The position numbers and the translations under genes were made by a program. From Thiotrichaceae bacterium (lineage in GTDB: Bacteria > Pseudomonadota > Gammaproteobacteria > Thiotrichales > Thiotrichaceae), in NCBI GenBank assembly GCA_026989335.1, contig JALSJN010000017.1, positions 22,767 through 86,766 on the forward strand: a DNA stretch of 64,000 bases, written 5' to 3'. The number at the start of each line of letters is the position of its first letter. Positions within the stretch are counted from its first letter, which is position 1. The notes beneath the pieces were generated by a model that did no database searches, was not told the origin of the DNA, and was given only the letters and a program-made list of their open reading frames with translations. Positions 38,981 to 47,013 of the stretch are shown here, in pieces.

Positions 38981-40106
38981 CTACCTATCTTTCCTGGGTA
39001 AGTAGACAGTTGTAAGTCCTTTACTGCTTGCAACATAAGCAATCCAGCCGTCAGAAGCTAGATCAATGTGATAGGAAGGTCCAGTTTTGAGTGTATCAAT
39101 CAGCTTAGGGTTTTCTTTATCTTTGATATCAATAACTGATATCCCATCAGAGGAAGCAAGATAGATTATATTTCCTGTTTTTGATACTGCAATATCCCTA
39201 ATCGAACTTACGCTAGATTGTTTTAAGAAGCCAATATTGCGCGGGTTTGATGTATTTTTTATATCAATAATTCTTAACCCTTCATTTTCAACGCCAATAA
39301 AAGCATATTTTTCATCGGTGGAGAGTTCAACTGTTTCTGGGTAATTGTCAGGGTCAACTAATGAAACAACTGTTGTACTTAAAAATGTAATGGTTGAGGG
39401 GTTAGCAACGTCAAAGATTGTCAAATCACTTGAATGAAGTTTATTATTCCCAATAAAGATCTTCTTACCATCCTTGGATAAAGTAATGGAAAATCCAGAT
39501 GCTTTCGTCGTGGAGTTGATGTAAGGAGTAGAGTGATAAGGGTCACTAACATCATAAAGTATTACGCCTCCTAAAAATCCGTAAGAAACGTACAGTGTTT
39601 TACTATCAGGGCTTAGAGCTGAGTCGTATACCAGTTTATAGGGTTCAACAATATTGCTGGGTACTCTAAAATACTGTATGACTATTGGTTTAGTAGCATC
39701 TCTTACATCAACGGCTGTTAAAGCCTGTTTAACTTGAAATATAAACTGTCTTTCCATTAGGGGCTAATGTAATAGAGCGTATTTCCCCGGGAGCAATTTG
39801 CCCACCTAACACAACTTTTCCAAGTAACACTGGCTTCTTTGGGTTTATTAAGCTTACAATTTTTAACCCTCCAAAATCTCTTATCGCTAAATAAGCTTTG
39901 CTACCATCTTTAGATACAACGACATCCCTTACTTCACCAAAATCTGAGAACCAAATATTAGTTTGACCGTTAGGATTGTTTTCACGGTCGTTATTAATGT
40001 CAGAGCTTGGTTGATTAGGTGACGCACCCCCACAAGCTGTAAGGGTTGTAATAAAAAATATAAAAAGAAATAACTTTATATTGTCGTATGATTTAATAGT
40101 TTTCAT
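38981..40106 (-). pseudogene. LVIVD-repeat beta-propeller lipoprotein, split by a frameshift (ORFs 39729-40106 and 38981-39757)
   Basis: The N-terminal ORF has a lipobox (FFITTLTACGG). Both ORFs carry repeats of the LVIVD type (AYLAIRDFGGLKIVSLINPKKP, LYVSYGFLGGVILYDVSDP, AFIGVENEGLRIIDIKNTSNP, IYLASSDGISVIDIKDKENP). The repeat register continues across the junction ..GKTVYISS|KQALTAVDVRDATKP. Confidence 0.7.
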
Positions 40107-40273
40107 ATTTATAACTCGTTGTATTGTAGGTTGAAATTATTCGCAATTTTTCAAAATGAGTAGTAGTAAAACGATTTTGTGTCGAACGGAGGGAATGCAT
40201 TTACCATATTTATTTTAACACCAAATAATTTGATATTGGAAGTCTCTGATATTTTTTAGCTGATGCTATTATT

Positions 40274-40327
40274 TAGATTCCTAGATTCCTAGATTCCTAG
40301 ATTCCTAGATTCCTAGATTCACAGATT
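40274..40327. repeat. 8-bp tandem repeat (TAGATTCC)x5 perfect plus ~1.75 degenerate units
   Basis: Read directly. It lies in the divergent spacer between the LVIVD lipoprotein gene start (40106) and the mlaC start (40447). Confidence 0.95.
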
Positions 40328-40446
40328 AAAAAATATTATGCATTCTAATTAAGCGAATACTAATATATGATTGTATGATGGAACTTACAATGCTTTGGTA
40401 TGACTAATGAAGCAATATTCACCAAATAATTTAGGTAAAGATCATC

Positions 40447-41082
40447 ATGAAATCGTTTAAACGTGCTGTATTTTCATTTTTAATTTTTGCTGGTTTATCA
40501 TCGCAAGCCTTTGCTAAAGGCGCTGAGGTTCAAGCCGCAGAAGATAGTGTCATAACAATCACCAACAGTGTTTCGCAAGAGCTAGAAACAAATAAAGCTA
40601 AAATAAAGTCAGATCCAGCAGCTTTAGAAGCGTTAGTTAGACGTAGAATGTTGCCTTTTATTGACTTCGATGCAATGTCTAAGCTCACTTTAGGTAAGTT
40701 TTGGAAACGTGCAACACCTGATCAGCGTAATCGCTTTAAAAATGCTTATCGTGAAATGTTGGTGAAAAGCTACACAAAAACAATGTTGCGTTATATTGGC
40801 GCTGTTATAAAGCCTGGTAACTCCGCACCTAAAGGTAAACCGGGTTATGTAACGGTACGCACGAAAGTTTATCCGAAGGGTGGCTCATCATTAACTGCCA
40901 ACTATGATATGCGCAAAAGAGGTGGCGCTTGGAAAGCTTATAATGTTGAAATAGCAGGTATCAACTTGATTGCTAACTTCCGTACTAACTTTACTCGGGA
41001 AATTAATCAGAAAGGCTTAGAGGCGCTAATTACTCGTCTTGCTCATACTAAGCGGTCCAATAAAACAAAGTCGTTTAAGTAA
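40447..41082 (+). CDS. mlaC: Periplasmic phospholipid-binding protein MlaC (Ttg2D/toluene-tolerance family)
   Basis: 211 aa. Signal peptide, then FD...M....LG..W......Q...F...F and the Y.V.I.G.NL....R..F pattern. Confidence 0.85.
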   Translation: MKSFKRAVFSFLIFAGLSSQAFAKGAEVQAAEDSVITITNSVSQELETNKAKIKSDPAALEALVRRRMLPFIDFDAMSKLTLGKFWKRATPDQRNRFKNAYREMLVKSYTKTMLRYIGAVIKPGNSAPKGKPGYVTVRTKVYPKGGSSLTANYDMRKRGGAWKAYNVEIAGINLIANFRTNFTREINQKGLEALITRLAHTKRSNKTKSFK

Positions 41083-41083
41083 A

Positions 41084-41389
41084 GTGACTCGTATTACTCC
41101 CACAATAACGGTCTCTGATAAAACATCAGATGTTTTCCTGTTAAGCGGTGACCTTGTTTACTCGACGGTGCCTGATTTTGTTAAAAAGGGGGAAAGCTTG
41201 TTTGTAAAAGGGTCTAATAAAATTGTCGTTGATTGCTCTGCGGTGAAGCATATTGATAGCGCGGGGCTCTCTTTATTATTAGAGTGGAAACGAGTGTGTC
41301 AAAAGTTTCACAAGGAATGTTTGTATGAATCCTTGCCTGCACAAGCCGCAAAGTTAATAGAAACCTTTAAACTGCAGGCTTTGATTTAA
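41084..41389 (+). CDS. mlaB: STAS-domain protein MlaB
   Basis: ~100-aa STAS fold (L.G.L......................D...V..IDSAGL.LLLEW) directly after mlaC. GTG 41084 follows the mlaC stop; the ORF track's ATG 41039 would overlap mlaC by 44 nt. Confidence 0.75.
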   Translation: MTRITPTITVSDKTSDVFLLSGDLVYSTVPDFVKKGESLFVKGSNKIVVDCSAVKHIDSAGLSLLLEWKRVCQKFHKECLYESLPAQAAKLIETFKLQALI

Positions 41390-41445
41390 CTCGAGGCCTT
41401 GAATTTTTACTATTTTTACTCATCCCCCGAGTCGCAAAGTTCTCT

Positions 41446-42198
41446 TTAAACAGTAAAATCAACAATAATTGGCAAGTGGTCACTGGCTATTTTTGAAACT
41501 TTTAGGCGACAGCGCTTAGCTGATTCAAACTGCAAGGCATCTCCACGGTAATAAAGGCGATCAAGCCCCCCTTGTGGTGCGAATGAGGGGAATGTTTTAA
41601 TCGCCTTACAATTCCCGGAATTATTTTTTTTATCGGTTGCGCATTTAAACCCCAAGCCTTCGACATAAAATGCACGCAGTAATGAGCGCCAGTCATTAAA
41701 ATCACCCGCTATAATGCAGGGTGTTGCCGAGTTTAACTCCCTAAACTCTTGGGAGCGTGATAATAAACCTGCTTGTTTTTGACGCTCATTGGCGATTAAA
41801 CCTAGGTGCAGATTAAACACATCCAAAAATTTAGCTGAGGTCGTGTATTGGCTTAAATCGAGTGTCGTATGCTGGCAACCGCGTCGTTTGTGTTTACCAA
41901 TAGTGAGATCAATATTACGCTCTTGAATAATAGGAAAACGGCTTAAAGTCGCATTACCATATTTACCCTTCCGTAAGGTCACATTGTGGCCCATGGCGTA
42001 ATAAGGGTAGTCAAGCGCTTCTGCAAGTTCCTGTGCTAGTTTAAGCTCGCAAGAGCGGGGTGCGCCTTCATCAACTTCTTGTAATAATACAATATCAGCA
42101 TCATGGGCTTTTAAAATTTCAATAGTCCGTTCAGGGGCAAACTTACGGTCAAAGCCAATGGCACGGTGCATATTGTAACTAAGAATGCGTAGTTTCAT
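41446..42198 (-). CDS. Endonuclease/exonuclease/phosphatase (EEP) family protein
   Basis: 250 aa. L.ILSYN.H, VLLQEV, GNA.LSR.P, and C-terminal SDH.P are EEP catalytic motifs. Confidence 0.8.
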   Translation of the reverse strand: MKLRILSYNMHRAIGFDRKFAPERTIEILKAHDADIVLLQEVDEGAPRSCELKLAQELAEALDYPYYAMGHNVTLRKGKYGNATLSRFPIIQERNIDLTIGKHKRRGCQHTTLDLSQYTTSAKFLDVFNLHLGLIANERQKQAGLLSRSQEFRELNSATPCIIAGDFNDWRSLLRAFYVEGLGFKCATDKKNNSGNCKAIKTFPSFAPQGGLDRLYYRGDALQFESAKRCRLKVSKIASDHLPIIVDFTV

Positions 42199-42962
42199 TG
42201 TTGCGGCACCTTGCTTAAAAATGGCTTATTGGGTTGGAATAAACTAGCACGTTGTTTAGGTAAAATTAACTGACCGTGAGTTTTTGTATTTTTACAACCT
42301 TCCTCTAAATGACCACATTGATTTTGGTTTTTATACGTTCGTTTATCGAAATCATACAATTCATAGGTATTACTGCGTAAACCATCACCACTGGATGAGG
42401 TTAACTCATGTGAAACTAAAATAAATTGTTTACGGTTATTATCGTAGCGGTACTGTTTTACTTCATCATCGCTACCCCAGTTATGTTCTGATTTGAATCT
42501 AGATAATACTAATCGTTGGTTTTTCCACTCAATACGTTGCTGGCTGGTTTGAAAATCTGGTTGAGTGTTAATATGAATAGGGAAGTCTGGGTATTTCCGT
42601 ATATATCTTTTACCTGAGCTAAGGCATAAAACCAATCTAGCTTTTTTGCCTTGCTTGCTCTTTTGGGTTTCGATAAAGATCAAATCTTTCTGTTTATCAT
42701 GATTAATATCTTTCTCAATGATTCCTTGTGTAGCAATTATCGGACTATAAGCTTGCGCTTTACTATTGAGTGAGGTGATTGTAGTTAAGTGATTAACGAT
42801 CTGATATTGCTTAGTTTGGTCAGTACAGATGCTTTGGAGGCATTTATTAGTATGAGATTTATGATTAACAGGTTTTTTGTCTACACTATAAAGCGGAGCG
42901 CAACCCGAAAGATAAAAGACACTCAGTACCAATAGATAGTTAGGCTTAAACAGTGGTGTCAT
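42195..42962 (-). CDS. Hypothetical lipoprotein
   Basis: 255 aa. Lipobox LSGCAP; no recognisable domain. Its stop overlaps the EEP gene start (ATGA), implying one operon. Confidence 0.6.
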   Translation of the reverse strand: MTPLFKPNYLLVLSVFYLSGCAPLYSVDKKPVNHKSHTNKCLQSICTDQTKQYQIVNHLTTITSLNSKAQAYSPIIATQGIIEKDINHDKQKDLIFIETQKSKQGKKARLVLCLSSGKRYIRKYPDFPIHINTQPDFQTSQQRIEWKNQRLVLSRFKSEHNWGSDDEVKQYRYDNNRKQFILVSHELTSSSGDGLRSNTYELYDFDKRTYKNQNQCGHLEEGCKNTKTHGQLILPKQRASLFQPNKPFLSKVPQQ

Positions 42963-43237
42963 AAGTTAATTTGGGGTTTAAAAATACACTTTATTAAGAC
43001 TTAGCACATCTTAGCGGCGACTAAAAAACAGATGTATTTTACTGATTGAGTAGGACGTACAGCTAATAACAAGCTATTGTAACTTCAACGATAAAACAGC
43101 TAATATCAGTTGTTGTTTACCTGATAATCTGATGTGTGCAAAGTATCTTATACTAGCATTAAGCAAAGAATAAAGTGGATTTATATTGTATACTTTACGG
43201 TAATAACCGTAAATTATAGTAAATTCCGAGGCGTACA

Positions 43238-44833
43238 GTGGTAAAGGATAAGCCTGACAATTTTACAGCAAGTAGTAACCCCGAGTTGGTAGAACATCAG
43301 CTGTCGGTGTTGCTTGAAAGTTCTTACTTTAAGTCAGCAAAAAAAATGCAGGCTTTCCTTAAATATGTTGTGCGTAAAACGCTGGCAGGAAAAAGTAATA
43401 CGATAAAACAATATACAATTGCGGTAGAGGCATTAGATTTCCCTGTCGATTTTGATTCAGATACCAATCCCGTGGTTCGTATTATGGCAGGGCGGGTTAG
43501 AGAGCGTTTAGATAAGTATTATGCTGCTGATGGCATCAATGATGCGCTTATTATCAAGATTCCTAAAGGTTCGTATTCTCCTGTTTTTGAAGAAAAACCT
43601 CGTGCTGATTTAGTTGCCAAAATTGATCAAAAACAAGGTCATTCTGTCCCGCCTAAATTGGCTGTTTTATGTTATTCAGACGAAACCCAAGATAAAGAAA
43701 GCAATCGCTTATTATTTCAAATTACCGATACGATGGCTAAAGAGTTAAGTTACTTTTTATTTTCACGTTTGGTCGTTTCTATCCCACATGCCGATAAGCG
43801 TGAATCCCGTTTTGCTTCTATTGAAATTAAAGAGCGTTTTCAAGCTGATTATATGTTGATTTTTTATATTCAACAGCTACCCAAAGGTAAGCATATCTTG
43901 ATGGTTCGTTTGATGGATGTTGATGATGAACAAGTGCTGTGGTCAGATAGTTATGATCTTAATGAGCAGCACTTTAGCGATCAACATGACATTATAGGTA
44001 ATATCACTGCCGTTGTGACGGATATTCAGCAAGGCGTATTACACCATCATTGGGGGCGAAAATTTTTAGAAAACGAATCAACTATTCCCCCAGAAAACCT
44101 ATCTCAAGCTTACTATCGTTATTATCTAGATGACATGGGTCGTGGTGCATTTGTTAAAAGTGTTGAAATTTGTAAACAGTTCTTAGATAACAATCCAAAT
44201 GATGTGATTAGTTTATTACTCTACGCAGACTACTGTCGTCGTGATTATGTGTATGGTTATAAAGTGATTGATGATCCTCTTTTTATTGGTCAAGTTGTCA
44301 CTGAAAAAGCAGCAAAACTTAACCCATCCAGTCATGAAGCTAACTATGTTTTAGGCCAAATACTTTTTTGTTTAGACGAATATGAGCAATGTTACCAAAC
44401 CCTAAAGCACACTAGAGAGCTTTATCAATACAATGCTTCAATTGATTATGGAGTGGGTTTTCACTTTTGCTTAATGGGTAAATGGGATGAGGGTTTAGAG
44501 ATTGTTAATAATGTGATGGCAACCTCTAAAAACTTTCCAAGTTGGTGTCATTTTTCACCCTTTCTTTCTCACTATTTAAATGCTAAATATGACTTAGCCT
44601 TATCTTCAGCATTGCAAATAAAAACACCTCAGGTTTATCACAAACCTCTGTCGCGTTGTGTGTCTTATATTTATTTGGGTGAAGTTAAAAAAGCGAAAAG
44701 TGAATTACAGGACTTATTGCTACGTTATCCGAATTTTATGGAAGAAGGCCAAGCATTGCTTAGGCGGCATCTCGGTGTTGGTGAAATAGCAGACAAGTTG
44801 TGGACAGGAGTATTAAAGGCCAGCCAACAGTAA
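43238..44833 (+). CDS. Soluble CadC-like regulator: OmpR-type winged-helix, TolB-N-like and TPR-like domains
   Basis: 531 aa, GTG start. N-terminus ..FLKYVVRKTLAG....IKQYTIAVEAL......D..TNPVVR...GRVRERL..YY........II.IPKGSY.P.F resembles a Trans_reg_C wHTH. The middle LAVL.Y.D.........FQITD....EL resembles the TolB-like module of CadC-type proteins. The C-terminus is helical-repeat-like. No TM segment seen. Confidence 0.55.
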   Translation: MVKDKPDNFTASSNPELVEHQLSVLLESSYFKSAKKMQAFLKYVVRKTLAGKSNTIKQYTIAVEALDFPVDFDSDTNPVVRIMAGRVRERLDKYYAADGINDALIIKIPKGSYSPVFEEKPRADLVAKIDQKQGHSVPPKLAVLCYSDETQDKESNRLLFQITDTMAKELSYFLFSRLVVSIPHADKRESRFASIEIKERFQADYMLIFYIQQLPKGKHILMVRLMDVDDEQVLWSDSYDLNEQHFSDQHDIIGNITAVVTDIQQGVLHHHWGRKFLENESTIPPENLSQAYYRYYLDDMGRGAFVKSVEICKQFLDNNPNDVISLLLYADYCRRDYVYGYKVIDDPLFIGQVVTEKAAKLNPSSHEANYVLGQILFCLDEYEQCYQTLKHTRELYQYNASIDYGVGFHFCLMGKWDEGLEIVNNVMATSKNFPSWCHFSPFLSHYLNAKYDLALSSALQIKTPQVYHKPLSRCVSYIYLGEVKKAKSELQDLLLRYPNFMEEGQALLRRHLGVGEIADKLWTGVLKASQQ

Positions 44834-44940
44834 AAACAGCTTATTCCTCGTTAAATACCACTCATCAGTGCTTAATTTTCTGACCATCTAAGAGATCAGC
44901 CCACTGGTATGGAATCGATACGTTATTTTTAAATTCTTAT

Positions 44941-46029
44941 GTGAAAGTAGTAAATCTACAGCACGGGATTATAAAAATAATGCAGATTTTAAAACCATTT
45001 TCAAAATATTTAGTGAGTAAATTAATCGACTGGGTGGTCGTACTTTTTATTGTTAGTCTAATCTTATGGGCTGCCTTTACGCTACCCGTTTATTCTATGA
45101 AAACGCACTCATCTGTTTTACCCGAAGGGAGTACAGAAAGGTTGAAGTTCACCGTATCAACCTTAATTAATACGTATAACCCGCGAACTTACCAATTTGA
45201 AACCTTAGACTTTACCACGGATTATTTGCGTAGTGAGTTAGCTCAGTTAGGTGTCGTTGAGGTACAGCCCTTTGGTGATACGGAAAATAGAGAAAAGATC
45301 CATAACAATCTAATTTTACGGTTAGGCCCTGATACCCAAGAAGTTTTTGTGATTGGCGCACACTATGATACCGAGGATGAGTCATTAGATGCAGAAGGCA
45401 ATGCTAGTGGTATTGCAACTCTACTTGAACTGGCTCGTGAGCTTTCGAAAAATCAAGATAAGTTACCGATTCGCGTACAGTTAGTTGCTTACCCAATTTC
45501 AAAAATTGATACTAAAAATCTTTTTACTTCTGTTAAAACTACAGGGAGTGAAGTGCATGCAAAGTCTTTAAGGCGTGCTGGAGTCAAAGTGCGAATGATG
45601 TTATCACTAGATAGTGTCGGTCATTATAGTTCTCAAAGTGGTAGCCAAAAGTACCCCTATGATTTTTTACATGCTTTTTATCCTAATCAGGGCAACTATA
45701 TTAGTGTAGTGGGTAGGTTAGGTGAATATCAGTCATTAATTGATATTAAGAAGAGCTTTGTACGATCTACGCCATTACCCATAGAGTCTTTTAATATGCT
45801 TGATAATTTTGAGCCTACGGGAGCAAAAGATCATTTATATTACCAACAACAAGGTTATCCTTCCTTGTTAATTACCGATACGGCAAAATATAGAGAATCA
45901 ACGAGCAATAAATCCGTTGTTGATATGCTTGATTATAAAAGCATGGGGTTGTTAGTTAAAGGTTTATACCAAGTTGTAATGGATAATTATTCAGGGCGTA
46001 TTGATCCAATACATATGGCAGAACGATAG
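44941..46029 (+). CDS. Membrane-anchored M28-peptidase-like protein (metal ligands apparently degenerate)
   Basis: 362 aa. N-terminal TM, then VIGAHYDT...DAEGNASGIATLLELAREL resembling the M28 GAH.D / DNASG motifs. The GTG 44941 start is uncertain; ATG 44980 is an alternative. Confidence 0.55.
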   Translation: MKVVNLQHGIIKIMQILKPFSKYLVSKLIDWVVVLFIVSLILWAAFTLPVYSMKTHSSVLPEGSTERLKFTVSTLINTYNPRTYQFETLDFTTDYLRSELAQLGVVEVQPFGDTENREKIHNNLILRLGPDTQEVFVIGAHYDTEDESLDAEGNASGIATLLELARELSKNQDKLPIRVQLVAYPISKIDTKNLFTSVKTTGSEVHAKSLRRAGVKVRMMLSLDSVGHYSSQSGSQKYPYDFLHAFYPNQGNYISVVGRLGEYQSLIDIKKSFVRSTPLPIESFNMLDNFEPTGAKDHLYYQQQGYPSLLITDTAKYRESTSNKSVVDMLDYKSMGLLVKGLYQVVMDNYSGRIDPIHMAER

Positions 46030-46035
46030 CTGGGT

Positions 46036-46974
46036 TTAAAAATGGTAGCCTAAACCTAAAAAGAGATTATCGCTTGAATAGCTCGTGTCCATTACACTGG
46101 GTATTTTTCTGCCGCCAATTGGGGTGCTTATTGTCGTGCCGTCATAATCCCATTGATTGATCGTGTAGCCTGCGTTCACGGCAAAGCCTTTTAATTGTTT
46201 GGGCTGATAATGGAGCTGGCTAGTCAGCGTAAAGTAAGTTCCTGAAAGCTCAATACCGCTGCCAATAATATTATTCTCCATTTGACCGGTTTGTAGGTTA
46301 AAAGAGGTTTTAAGCGTTAAACTTAAATTAGGCTTTAGTTGATATAGTCCGAAGGCTGCAGCTCCTAGTTTATACGTTTTAATCTCGGTATCGAATCGGT
46401 CCGCTAGCTCTATAAGTAGATTGACCGTATTTTTCATATTGTGAACTTCCATAAATGGCAGGCTCAAGCCAGTATTTACACCGAGTCCAAATTGCTTTTT
46501 ACTATCTTTTAGCAGTTCATAGCCCAAACCTAAATCGAAATTAATGCCATGCATCCGATAATCAGCCGGCACAGGCAGCTGCGTGTAATCGGCCACCCGA
46601 TCACTAATGCTGTCACCCACAAAAGGAATAGGGGAGGTTAATGGTTTGCTTGCAAAATCAGTTACTTTGTTCAACGTATCAGAATCAAAATATTCTAAAT
46701 TAAAGGAGTAATATAGCTTTCCCCTGCCAATACGCTGATGAGTTTCAGAAAGCGAAAGCGTATTGATGGGTAATGTGATTTGGTGAGAAAATAATGGTTT
46801 AATGGACTGGTTTATAGCGAATTCACCGGTGCCAAAATTAAGTTCGAGTGCAGTCAACGTGCTTAAAGGTAAGCTGCTAATTATACCTAAGAGTATTTTA
46901 AATAACTGCGGGTTTGAATATAATGTCGATAGCTTCATATGTTTATTAGCCATAAGAAAACAATTACTATACAT
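46036..46974 (-). CDS. Hypothetical outer-membrane beta-barrel protein
   Basis: Alternating hydrophobic beta-strand pattern and C-terminal ..LGLGYHF (terminal Phe). The likely start is ATG 46938 (MKLSTLYS.. signal-like). Confidence 0.55.
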   Translation of the reverse strand: MYSNCFLMANKHMKLSTLYSNPQLFKILLGIISSLPLSTLTALELNFGTGEFAINQSIKPLFSHQITLPINTLSLSETHQRIGRGKLYYSFNLEYFDSDTLNKVTDFASKPLTSPIPFVGDSISDRVADYTQLPVPADYRMHGINFDLGLGYELLKDSKKQFGLGVNTGLSLPFMEVHNMKNTVNLLIELADRFDTEIKTYKLGAAAFGLYQLKPNLSLTLKTSFNLQTGQMENNIIGSGIELSGTYFTLTSQLHYQPKQLKGFAVNAGYTINQWDYDGTTISTPIGGRKIPSVMDTSYSSDNLFLGLGYHF

Positions 46975-47013
46975 AGAATTTTTAGCTTTTAAAGAAAACC
47001 TTTATTCTATAAG

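Noticed and set aside
39729-39766. Programmed +1 frameshift (prfB-like) at AGT TAA A in the LVIVD lipoprotein gene.
   Set aside because: There is no slippery P-site codon that re-pairs in the +1 frame and no upstream SD-like stimulator. A mutation or sequencing error is the simpler explanation.
40274-40327. Whether the tandem arrays at 40274-40327 and 53781-53814 could be CRISPR arrays.
   Set aside because: The units are 8 bp, head-to-tail with no spacers, and there are no cas genes in the window. They are simple tandem repeats.
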